Shown: in pieces, positions 8,747 through 16,878 of the stretch
Position numbering within the stretch: position 1 is the first letter of the stretch
How the letters are laid out: each line of letters begins with the position of its first letter
From: Candidatus Eiseniibacteriota bacterium
GTDB lineage: Bacteria; Eisenbacteria; RBG-16-71-46
Length of the DNA stretch: 17,358 bases
Assembly: GCA_031366795.1 (NCBI GenBank)
Contig: JANLOX010000030.1
Span: 1-17,358, forward strand
Direction: 5' to 3'
Made by a program: the position numbers and the translations under genes
The notes under the pieces: generated by a model
What the model was told of the DNA's origin: nothing
Seen by the model: the letters and a program-made list of their open reading frames with translations, nothing else
Database searches by the model: none

Positions 8747-9112
8747 ATGGGCCTACTCGAGAAAATCGAGGCTGCACAGCTCAAGACCGATCGCCCGCAG
8801 GTGCGCCAGGGACAGACGGTTGAAGTCCTGGTGCGCGTGGTCGAAGGCGACAAGGAGCGGCAGCAGAAGTTTCGCGGTGAAGTGATCAGCGTCCGTGGTG
8901 CGGGCCTGCGCAAGTCGTTCACGGTGCGCAAGATCAGCGAAGGCGTGGGCGTCGAACGTACGTTCCCGCTGCACAGCCCGACGCTCGCCGAGATCAAGAT
9001 CGTGCGTCACTCGAAGGTCCGTCGCGCCAAGTTGTTCTACCTGCGTGGCAGGACCGGCAAGAGCGCGCGTCTTGCCGAGAAGAAGACGGTCACCCCGACC
9101 GCCCAGAAGTAA
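8747..9112 (+). CDS. rplS: 50S ribosomal protein L19
   Basis: 121 aa. VVEGDKERQQKFRGEVI, SFTVRKISEGVGVERTFPLHSP and KVRRAKLFYLR motifs. Confidence 0.98.
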   Translation: MGLLEKIEAAQLKTDRPQVRQGQTVEVLVRVVEGDKERQQKFRGEVISVRGAGLRKSFTVRKISEGVGVERTFPLHSPTLAEIKIVRHSKVRRAKLFYLRGRTGKSARLAEKKTVTPTAQK

Positions 9113-9741
9113 TGCCTGAAGCGTGGCGCACGATGCGCCGCGCCGAGACGCGGCTCCGCGGCGCATGTGATTGCGTCGCCGGAGTCGACGAGGCCGGCCG
9201 CGGCCCGCTCGCGGGTCCGGTGGTCGCCGCCGCGGTGATCCTCGATCCCGCGGACGACTGGGACGGTCTCAACGACAGCAAGCAGATGAACGCTCGCACA
9301 CGCGATGCGCTGTTCGCCCGGGTTCTCCACCGAGCCCGGGCCTTTCGCTGGTCAGTCGTGGGAGCGCGGGTCATCGACACCGTGAACATCCGCCGCGCGA
9401 GCCTCACCGCGATGGAGCGCGCGGTGACGCGGCTGGCCATCAGGCCGGACTTGGTGCTGGTGGATGGCGTCGATCACATTCCCGGCGTCGAGTTTGCGCA
9501 GCAGGCGGTGATCGATGGCGATGCGAAAATGCTGTCGATCGCCGCGGCATCGGTGGTGGCCAAGGTGGTCCGCGACCGCATCATGCAGCGGCTCGACACC
9601 GTGTGGCCGGAGTACGGTTTCACGCGGCACAAGGGCTACGGAACACCCGAGCATCTCGACGCACTGATGCGACTGGGGCCTTGCCCGCTGCACCGCTATT
9701 CATTCGCTCCCGTGAGTGCCCAGCAGCTACGATTGGTCTAG
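9112..9741 (+). CDS. rnhB: Ribonuclease HII
   Basis: GVDEAGRGPLAGPVVAAAV, LNDSKQ, VLVDG, DGDA..SIAAASVVAKVVRD, HKGYGT and HRYSF motifs. TAATG overlap with rplS. Confidence 0.96.
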   Translation: MPEAWRTMRRAETRLRGACDCVAGVDEAGRGPLAGPVVAAAVILDPADDWDGLNDSKQMNARTRDALFARVLHRARAFRWSVVGARVIDTVNIRRASLTAMERAVTRLAIRPDLVLVDGVDHIPGVEFAQQAVIDGDAKMLSIAAASVVAKVVRDRIMQRLDTVWPEYGFTRHKGYGTPEHLDALMRLGPCPLHRYSFAPVSAQQLRLV

Positions 9742-9793
9742 CTCGCTGACCTTAAGCCCCCGCGCCATTCACGCCCCCGCTACGGAACATTCC

Positions 9794-10141
9794 ATGGGAC
9801 TCGCGCGTAACCACGGAGCCGCCGCCGAAGACCTGGCCGAGGCCTACCTTCGACTGCTGGGCTGGGAGATCGAGGCACGCAACCAACGGCTGGCCGGCGT
9901 CGAACTGGACCTGGTCGCGATCGACAGTCGGACGACCGTGCTGATTGAGGTAAAGTACCGGGGACGTTCGGACTATGGTGGTGCGATCGCCGCGATCGAT
10001 GCGCACAAGCGCGACCGTTTGCGGCGCGCCGCGCTGGCGGCGAGTGTTCACCGTACGAACGTGCGGATCGATGTCATCTCCATCGAGCCCTCGGCCGACG
10101 GGCTCGTGCTGAAACACCATCGCAACGCCGTGACGGACTAG
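9794..10141 (+). CDS. YraN family (UPF0102) putative endonuclease
   Basis: GAAAEDLAEAYL, RNQR, ELDLVA, IEVKYR and RIDVISI motifs. Canonical position after rnhB. Start moved to ATG 9794 (115 aa). Confidence 0.9.
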   Translation: MGLARNHGAAAEDLAEAYLRLLGWEIEARNQRLAGVELDLVAIDSRTTVLIEVKYRGRSDYGGAIAAIDAHKRDRLRRAALAASVHRTNVRIDVISIEPSADGLVLKHHRNAVTD

Positions 10142-10154
10142 CACCAAGGAGCCC

Positions 10155-11504
10155 ATGGTTCGAATCCCTCGACTCGGACGCCTGCGCATCACGCCCGCGA
10201 TGACACGTCGCTGGCGGGCACGCTTGCGCGTGCAGCGCAGCTGGTGGCGCCGCCAGTGGCGCGACTCGGCGTCGGGCGAAGTGCTGTTCCCTGCCGATGG
10301 CAAGGGCATGGTCGCCGTCGACACGCTGTCGCCGCACGAGGGCAGCCCGGGGGGACCGCGCATCGCCATCCTGCACGCAACTGCCGGCAGCGGGCACAAG
10401 CGCGCGGCCCAGGCGCTCGCGGATGCCGTTGCGGCGATGAGCCCCGAGGCGACGGTGCGCGAAGTCGACACGCTGGTGTTCGCCTCGCGGCTCTATCGCG
10501 GCACCTACGCTGCCTCGTACAACGCCATGGCCGCCCGCGCGCCGCGACTGTGGGGGGTGCTCTACCACTCGTGGGCGCTGGCTCCGGTCAATCGCGGCAC
10601 CGCACCCGTGCGTCTCGCGCTGGACAGGCTCAACCTGCGGCGGTTGGTGCGCGTGTGCGAACGCGAGGCGCCCGAAGCGGTCATCTGCACGCACTTCCTT
10701 CCCGTCGAGGCGCTGTCGTATGTGCGCGGACGGGGCAGGCTCAACGTGCCGCTGTATTGCGTCATCACCGATTTCACGGCCCATCCGTTTTGGGCGTTCG
10801 CCCATGTCGACCGCTACTTCGTGGCGTGCTCACGCGTGGCCGAGGAGTTGGAAGGTCACGGCGTGGACCCAGCGCGCATCCAGGTCACGGGCATCCCCGT
10901 GGACGAACGGTTTGCGCGCACGATCGGGCGCGACGTGGCGCGGGCGCGTTTCGGGCTCGACCGCGAGCAGCCAGTCGTGCTGTTGATGGGTGGCGGCAGC
11001 GGTGTCGGCCCGCTCGTTGAAGTGGCCGAACGCGTCGCGGCCTCAGCGTTGTCGCCGCGAGTAATCGTGGTGTGCGGCACGAATCACCGGCTGCGCGACG
11101 AGGTCGACGCCCTGCCCGCCGCGATGCGCGGCGAAGTGCGCACGCTCGGCTTCACGCACGAGGTCGACGCGCTACTCGAGGCGTGCGATGTAATCGTCAG
11201 CAAGGCGGGAGGGCTCACCTGCTCGGAGGCGCTGATCAAGCGCACGCCGCTGGTGCTGTTCCGCCCGACGCCGGGACAGGAAGTTCGCAACACGCAGTTC
11301 CTCGAAGCCGAAAACGCCGCCGTCCATGCGGACACCATCGAAGACGTGGAGGCGGCGGTGACGCATTTGCTCCGTGACCGCGACGCTGCAGCCCGCATGC
11401 GTGAGGCACAAGCCCGAATCGCCGCGCCCCATGCGGCTGCAACCATCGCCAAGCGCGTGCTCGAGTCCATCCCGGGCGCGCTGAAGAAGGAGCCGGTGTC
11501 ATGA
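10155..11504 (+). CDS. MGDG synthase/UgtP-like diacylglycerol glycosyltransferase (GT28)
   Basis: GSGHKRAA, ICTHFLP, VITDFTAHPFW, TGIPV, LMGGGSG, SKAGGLTCSEA and PGQEVRN motifs. AAGGAG RBS just upstream of ATG 10155. Confidence 0.88.
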   Translation: MVRIPRLGRLRITPAMTRRWRARLRVQRSWWRRQWRDSASGEVLFPADGKGMVAVDTLSPHEGSPGGPRIAILHATAGSGHKRAAQALADAVAAMSPEATVREVDTLVFASRLYRGTYAASYNAMAARAPRLWGVLYHSWALAPVNRGTAPVRLALDRLNLRRLVRVCEREAPEAVICTHFLPVEALSYVRGRGRLNVPLYCVITDFTAHPFWAFAHVDRYFVACSRVAEELEGHGVDPARIQVTGIPVDERFARTIGRDVARARFGLDREQPVVLLMGGGSGVGPLVEVAERVAASALSPRVIVVCGTNHRLRDEVDALPAAMRGEVRTLGFTHEVDALLEACDVIVSKAGGLTCSEALIKRTPLVLFRPTPGQEVRNTQFLEAENAAVHADTIEDVEAAVTHLLRDRDAAARMREAQARIAAPHAAATIAKRVLESIPGALKKEPVS

Positions 11505-12355
11505 AGCGTGTCATTGTCGTGTTGAGCGTGTGTGCGTGCGTGTTCTTTGCGAGTGGCACGAACGCCGCGGATGCGCCGTTCGACAGCGCCGCGGTCGTCG
11601 CCAAGGCCCGCGCGCTCAATGAGGCCGTGAAGCTGAGCGATGCCGCGACGCTGTGGGCGAGTTTCGACGATCGCATGCAGGCCGCGATGGGTGGCGACGT
11701 CTCCAAGTTCGAGACGATCCTCAAGCAGATCACCGGGCAGGTCGGCGTGATGAAGGAATGCATCCGCGAACACGTTTCGAAAGTCGGTGACAACTGGGTG
11801 TATCGCGGGATCTGCCGCTACGCGAATAAGCCGAAGCCGCTGGTCACGCAGTACGCCTTCACCCTGTCCGGTAAGGTGGCGGGCTTTCGGGTGATCCCGG
11901 ACGTGAAGGAGTACGACAGCAAGTTCCTCGACTACCAGACCAAGACCGTTCTGCACCTGCCGTTCAACGGCCAGTGGCTCGTCGCCTGGGGCGGCCGCAC
12001 GCTCGAGCAGAACTACCACGCCGCCTTGCGCGACCAGCGCTTCGCCTACGACCTGATCGCGGTGAAGGACAGCGTGGACCACACCGGCACAGGGCGCGTG
12101 CTGAGCGACTACTACGCCTTCAGCATGGCGATGCTGGTACCCGCTTCGGGAACGGTAGTCGAAGCCACGGATGGCGCGAACGACAACACCCTCGGCAACA
12201 CGGATTCGAAAGCGATGGCCGGGAACCACGTCATCATCGACTTCGGCAATTCGGAGTTCGGCCTGCCCGCGCCGTTCGTCGGCTACCTCTCGGGTGGCAA
12301 GCCTGTCGAGAATGGCGAGCCGCTGCGGCGCGAGATCATCGAGCGCAAGCCGTGA
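11501..12355 (+). CDS. Secreted M23-peptidase-like protein with apparent in-frame loss of the catalytic HxH region
   Basis: Signal peptide (MKRVIVVLSVCACVFFASGTNAA), an N-terminal domain of unknown function, then LPFNGQWLVAWGG...NYH...QRFAYD...PASGTVV...GNHVIIDFG typical of an M23 subfamily. No downstream HxH motif. ATGA overlap with the upstream gene. Confidence 0.72.
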   Translation: MKRVIVVLSVCACVFFASGTNAADAPFDSAAVVAKARALNEAVKLSDAATLWASFDDRMQAAMGGDVSKFETILKQITGQVGVMKECIREHVSKVGDNWVYRGICRYANKPKPLVTQYAFTLSGKVAGFRVIPDVKEYDSKFLDYQTKTVLHLPFNGQWLVAWGGRTLEQNYHAALRDQRFAYDLIAVKDSVDHTGTGRVLSDYYAFSMAMLVPASGTVVEATDGANDNTLGNTDSKAMAGNHVIIDFGNSEFGLPAPFVGYLSGGKPVENGEPLRREIIERKP

Positions 12356-13056
12356 CCGCAAGTGTCGCGGCCAAGCTCATGTCGATCCAGGCGGGGGTCG
12401 TGCGCACGCACGTTATCCCCGCGATCCCGGGTCACGATGAACGCGAGTGGCGCACCGCGTACTACAAGGACGCGGTGCCGGGTCCCGTGCGCGCCACACG
12501 GCTCGGGCTCGTGGGCGACGAGCAGTACTCGCGCCATGTGCATGGCGGGCCCGATCGCGCGCTGCTAGGCTATTGCGTTGAGCACTATGCGCTGTGGGCC
12601 GCGGAACTGGGCACCGACGAAATCGGCCCCGGTGGCTTCGGCGAGAACCTCACTCTCAGCGGACTCGATGAGAAGAGTGTGTGCCTCGGCGACACCTACG
12701 CGATCGGCCCAGTGCGCGCGCAAGTGACGCAGCCGCGCGGGCCCTGCGACAACATCTCGCGACGCTGGCAGCGGCCCGAGCTGGTGAAACGCGTCGCCGA
12801 CACGCGGCGTTTCGGCTGGTACCTGCGCGTCTTGGTCGAAGGCGAGATCGAAGCCGGGATGCGCGTCGAGTTGATCGAGCGGCTCTACCCTGAATTCAAT
12901 GTCGGGCGCGTGTTCGAGCTGAAGGTCCATCCGAGTCTCGATCCAGCGGCCGTCGCGCGTCTCGCGCTGTGCCCGGAACTCACGCCGGACGTCCGGGCGA
13001 AGTTCGCGGCGCACGCGGCGAAGCTGGGCGTTGGCGGAGGCTCGGGTCCCGCATGA
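12352..13056 (+). CDS. MOSC domain protein (YiiM-like)
   Basis: GLVGDEQ..HVHGGPDRA, GGFGENLT, VCLGD, QVTQPRGPC (conserved Cys) and GWYLRVLVEGEI motifs. Start placed at GTG 12352 (GTGA overlap with the upstream stop), giving 234 aa. The ORF-track extension back to 11974 is spurious. Confidence 0.9.
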   Translation: MTASVAAKLMSIQAGVVRTHVIPAIPGHDEREWRTAYYKDAVPGPVRATRLGLVGDEQYSRHVHGGPDRALLGYCVEHYALWAAELGTDEIGPGGFGENLTLSGLDEKSVCLGDTYAIGPVRAQVTQPRGPCDNISRRWQRPELVKRVADTRRFGWYLRVLVEGEIEAGMRVELIERLYPEFNVGRVFELKVHPSLDPAAVARLALCPELTPDVRAKFAAHAAKLGVGGGSGPA

Positions 13057-14012
13057 GTGACGCCGCGGAACAGTTGGTCGCACGCGCGCTCGAAGGTGAT
13101 CGTGTCGCGTTGGCCCGCGCGTTGTCGTGGGTCGAGAACGAAGCGAGCGACGCGAGGTTTGTGCTCGAGGCGAGCTTCCCGCGCACCGGCCGCGCCCGGC
13201 GTATCGGCATCACCGGGCCGCCCGGCGCGGGTAAGAGCACGCTGGTGACGCGGCTCGCGCAGGAATACCGCCGCCGCGATCTCACCGTCGCGGTCGCCGC
13301 GGTGGACCCGACGAGTCCGTTCAGCGGCGGCGCGCTCCTCGGCGATCGCGTGCGCATGATCGACCTCGCGGGCGATCCGGGCGTGTTCATCCGCTCGATG
13401 GCGACGCGCGGCAGTCTCGGCGGCGTGGCGGTGCACACGGCGCAGGTTTGCGATGTGTTCGACGCCGCAGGCTTCGATCGCATCATCGTCGAGACCGTCG
13501 GCGTAGGGCAGAGCGAACTCGAGATCGCCCAGACCGCCGACGCCACAGTAGTCGTGCTGGTGCCCGAATCCGGGGATGGCGTGCAAGCGATGAAGGCCGG
13601 CCTGATGGAGATCGGCGACTTGTTCGTGATCAACAAGGCCGATCGCGAAGGCGCCGATCGCGGCGCATTCGCCGTGCGCTCGGCGCTCGCCCTGCGCGCT
13701 CCCGCCGACTGGACTCCGCCTGTGCTGATGACCACCGCGACTCAAGGCAAGGGCATCGCCGAACTGGCGACCGCGATCGAGGAGTACTTCGAATTCCTGG
13801 GTACCCGCGGCCAGCTGGAGGTGCGCCGACTGCAGCGGCTCGAGCAGCGCTTGAACGAACTGCTCAAGGGCCAACTGTGGGCGGAGTTCTCCGCGCGCGT
13901 GCCCGAGGCCGCGCGCGCGCGCATGGTCGAAGAACTCGCGGCGCGCCGGCTGACGCCGCATCAAGCGGCGGAGCGGTTGGTGGCGGCGGCGGGATCCAAT
14001 CGCGACGCCTGA
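13053..14012 (+). CDS. meaB: Acyl-CoA mutase-associated GTPase chaperone MeaB (ArgK/MMAA family)
   Basis: Walker A GPPGAGKS, DPTSPFSGGALLGDRVRM, FIRSMATRG, ETVGVGQSE, KAGLMEI and NKAD motifs. ATG at 13053 overlaps the MOSC stop (ATGA), giving 319 aa. Adjacent to a mutase. Confidence 0.95.
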   Translation: MSDAAEQLVARALEGDRVALARALSWVENEASDARFVLEASFPRTGRARRIGITGPPGAGKSTLVTRLAQEYRRRDLTVAVAAVDPTSPFSGGALLGDRVRMIDLAGDPGVFIRSMATRGSLGGVAVHTAQVCDVFDAAGFDRIIVETVGVGQSELEIAQTADATVVVLVPESGDGVQAMKAGLMEIGDLFVINKADREGADRGAFAVRSALALRAPADWTPPVLMTTATQGKGIAELATAIEEYFEFLGTRGQLEVRRLQRLEQRLNELLKGQLWAEFSARVPEAARARMVEELAARRLTPHQAAERLVAAAGSNRDA

Positions 14013-14234
14013 TGCGCTGAGCTCGTTGGCAACGCGGTAGTGCCGACTGTCTGCGTGGACAGTTGTTGATCCTGACTCGCCTCGGCCTGGGACCCATTGT
14101 CCAGTCATGGTCATGCGAACTGCCCGCGCGGACAATTGGCGGGCTCAACCTGGTACTTCGAGCCGCTGCTGCGCCGTGTCGTCGTGCTGCAAGGTGCCGT
14201 GCCCGAGGGCGATGAACAGCGCCCACCCGGAGCC

Positions 14235-14264
14235 TTGACCCTTGTTCTGGCGCCCGCTTACCCT
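14235..14264 (+). promoter_or_regulatory. Putative promoter for the mutase large subunit
   Basis: TTGACC (14235-14240) - 18 bp - TACCCT (14259-14264). GGAGG RBS at 14295-14299. Confidence 0.45.
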
Positions 14265-14307
14265 CAATCCCATCGCTGTACCCCCGTGCGTACTGGAGGC
14301 TTCCCTC

Positions 14308-16098
14308 GTGTCGACCCGCAGCAGGTCCCAGAAGAGTGCGCGCGCGCACGTGTCGTCTCGAGCCGCGTCGCGCACCGTTCCCAAACGTCGTGGCGCCGGC
14401 GCGAAGACCACTTCGAATCGTGTCGCAAGCAGCCCGGCCGCATCGCTAACGACGCAGGTCAACGCCTGGGCGCATCGCTACGCGCAGTCGAAGGAGCGCC
14501 CGGGGCTCTACCCGTTCACGATCTCGGGTGTGCCGATCAAGCCGCTCTATACACCGGCCGACATCGCGGGCATGAACCTCGCGAAGGACATCGCGGTGCC
14601 GGGCGAGTACCCGTTTACGCGCGGCATCCACACTTCGATGTATCGCGGCCGCATGTTCACCATGCGGCAGTTCGCGGGCTTCGGCACGCCGAAGGAATCC
14701 AACGAGCGCTATCACTACCTCTTGGCGCACGGCACCACAGGGCTGTCGATCGCCTTCGATAACCCGACGATCATGGGCTACGACAGCGATCACCCCAAGG
14801 CTCATGGTGAAGTGGGCAAGTGCGGCGTGGCGGTCGATTCGCTGCGCGACATGGAAATCCTGCTCGAGGGGATCGACCCTGGCAAGATCTCGACCTCGAT
14901 GACCATCAATGGCCCGGCCTCGATCATGTTCGCGTTCTACCTCGCGAACGCCGAGAAGCGTGGCGTTCCGTTCACCAAGCTGCGCGGCACGCTGCAGAAC
15001 GACATCTTGAAGGAATACATCGCCCAGAAGTGCTGGTGCTTCCCGCCGCGGCCGTCGTTGCGCATCATCGTCGACCAGATCGAGTTCGCCACGAAGCACG
15101 TACCGCAGTGGAATACCATCTCGATCTCGGGCTACCACATTCGCGAGGCCGGCTCCACGGCCGCGCAGGAGCTGGCGTTCACGCTGGCGGACGGCTTTAC
15201 CTACGTCGAGGAGTGCGTCAAGCGCGGGCTCGATGTCGATGATTTCGCGCCGCGGTTGTCGTTCTTCTGGAACAGCCATCTCGACTTCTTCGAGGAGATC
15301 GTCAAGCTACGCGCCGCGCGCCGCATCTGGGCTCGCCACATGCGCGAGCGCTTCGGCGCCAAGCGCCAGGAGTCGTGGCTGATGCGCTTCCACACGCAGA
15401 CGGCCGGTTGCTCGCTGTGGGACAAGCAGCCCGAGAACAACATCGTGCGCACTGCATTCCAGGCGCTCGCCGGGGTGTTGGGCGGCACGCAGTCGCTGCA
15501 CACGAACTCGATGGACGAGACCATCGCGCTGCCGAGCGACAAGGCGGTCAAGATCGCCCTGCGCACCCAGCAGATCATCGCGCACGAGATCGGCGTCACC
15601 GAGACCATCGATCCCCTGGCGGGCTCCTACTACGTCGAGTCGCTCACCAACACGCTCGAGGAACAGGCCGAGCACTACTTCCGCCAGATCGACGGCATGG
15701 GGGGCGTGGTCGCGGGGATCGAGCAGGGATTCTTCCAGCGCGAGATCGGGCGTGCCGCCTACCAGTACCAGCAGGAGGTCGAGCGGCGCCAGCGCATTCT
15801 CGTCGGCATCAATGAGTACGTCGAGCCCGACGAGAAGGTCGACATCCCGATCCTCTACATCTCCGATGAAGTCGAGGCCCAGCAGAAGCGCTCGCTCGAG
15901 GAATTGCGCCGCACGCGCGACGATCGCGCGACCACCGCAGCGCTCAAAGCGCTGACGTCCGCTGCCGCGAGCGATCCCGGCGACAAGAACGTCATGGCGC
16001 ACATCCTCGATGCCGCCCGCACCTACGCGACCGAAGGCGAGATCCGCAACGCGATTCGCGAGGTATATGGCGACTACGTGGAATCAGCCGAGTTCTAA
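14308..16098 (+). CDS. B12-dependent acyl-CoA mutase large (substrate-binding) subunit, isobutyryl-CoA mutase-type
   Basis: PGEYPFTRG, TMRQFAGFG, GLSIAFD, STSMTING, GTLQNDILKEYIAQ, ISISGYHIREAG, FHTQTAG, GGTQSLHTNSMDE and DPLAGSYYVESLT motifs. No B12-binding domain. Start placed at GTG 14308 after GGAGG, giving 596 aa. Confidence 0.93.
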   Translation: MSTRSRSQKSARAHVSSRAASRTVPKRRGAGAKTTSNRVASSPAASLTTQVNAWAHRYAQSKERPGLYPFTISGVPIKPLYTPADIAGMNLAKDIAVPGEYPFTRGIHTSMYRGRMFTMRQFAGFGTPKESNERYHYLLAHGTTGLSIAFDNPTIMGYDSDHPKAHGEVGKCGVAVDSLRDMEILLEGIDPGKISTSMTINGPASIMFAFYLANAEKRGVPFTKLRGTLQNDILKEYIAQKCWCFPPRPSLRIIVDQIEFATKHVPQWNTISISGYHIREAGSTAAQELAFTLADGFTYVEECVKRGLDVDDFAPRLSFFWNSHLDFFEEIVKLRAARRIWARHMRERFGAKRQESWLMRFHTQTAGCSLWDKQPENNIVRTAFQALAGVLGGTQSLHTNSMDETIALPSDKAVKIALRTQQIIAHEIGVTETIDPLAGSYYVESLTNTLEEQAEHYFRQIDGMGGVVAGIEQGFFQREIGRAAYQYQQEVERRQRILVGINEYVEPDEKVDIPILYISDEVEAQQKRSLEELRRTRDDRATTAALKALTSAAASDPGDKNVMAHILDAARTYATEGEIRNAIREVYGDYVESAEF

Positions 16099-16152
16099 AG
16101 CTGCTGTGGTCCGTGTCGATTTGATGTTCCCTCGCCTCTCAAGGAGTGCCGC

Positions 16153-16848
16153 GTGAACCCAATGCTGTTGTTCCTGGTGGTTGCCGGGATTCTCGTGGTG
16201 GCGATGGTCATGCGTTCGGGAGGCCACAAGGACGAGACGGCTTCGTCGTCCGAGGACGAAGGTGGCGGCGGCTCCGTGCTCGACGACCTGGATGACGCCG
16301 ATGCGGATCACGAACACCAGAGCGTGCCGATCACGGCCGAGGGCGTTGCGCTGTTGCAGGATGGCCACGAACTTCGGCTGATCTCGATGATCGACTCGGA
16401 AGAGGAAGTGCCGGACAACCTGCAGACCGCGATGGACGCGAGCGCGATTCCCTATAGCGTGCTCAACCGCATGTACATGCCCGCGGCCCCCCGCGGTGGC
16501 GCCGGCAGCAAGCCCGGCACTCCGCTCAATAAGGGCGACTTCACCGCCGCGCGACTGCGGCCCGGCGTGGCCGGCTCCTATGCGTGGCGCGTCGAAACGC
16601 TGGGCCGCGACGGCGACTTTGGCTTCTTCCCCTTCACGACGCGCACGGGGGCCGACGCCGCGCTGGCGCTGCTCGAAACCCACGGCATCGTGTCGCAGTC
16701 GGTGGACGAGGACGGCGAACCGAATCGGCCCTCAAACGAGGACTTCGAAGAGGCCAGGCGCCGCTACGAAGAGACCGAAAGCTCGCTGGCCATCGATGTC
16801 GATGACGACGCGCTGGGCCACCCCGGCGAGTGGAGCGACCGGCGCTGA
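16153..16848 (+). CDS. Hypothetical protein with an N-terminal membrane anchor and a highly acidic body
   Basis: GTG start after AAGGAG (16141-16146), 231 aa. Hydrophobic residues 1-20 followed by D/E-rich segments. GC3-rich codon usage like neighbouring genes. No family recognised. Confidence 0.8.
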   Translation: MNPMLLFLVVAGILVVAMVMRSGGHKDETASSSEDEGGGGSVLDDLDDADADHEHQSVPITAEGVALLQDGHELRLISMIDSEEEVPDNLQTAMDASAIPYSVLNRMYMPAAPRGGAGSKPGTPLNKGDFTAARLRPGVAGSYAWRVETLGRDGDFGFFPFTTRTGADAALALLETHGIVSQSVDEDGEPNRPSNEDFEEARRRYEETESSLAIDVDDDALGHPGEWSDRR

Positions 16849-16878
16849 TTCGCGTGGCCGCGGCACCGCGCCCGCGTG

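Noticed and set aside
11974..12351. ORF-track N-terminal extension of the MOSC protein as a fusion or overlapping gene
   Set aside because: It overlaps the M23-like CDS in another frame and has no protein-like features. GTG 12352 overlapping the upstream stop is the simpler start.
14013..14307. Expected cobalamin riboswitch upstream of the B12-dependent mutase
   Set aside because: The conserved AGGGAA, GCCCCCGCAACTGT and B12-box elements are not present.
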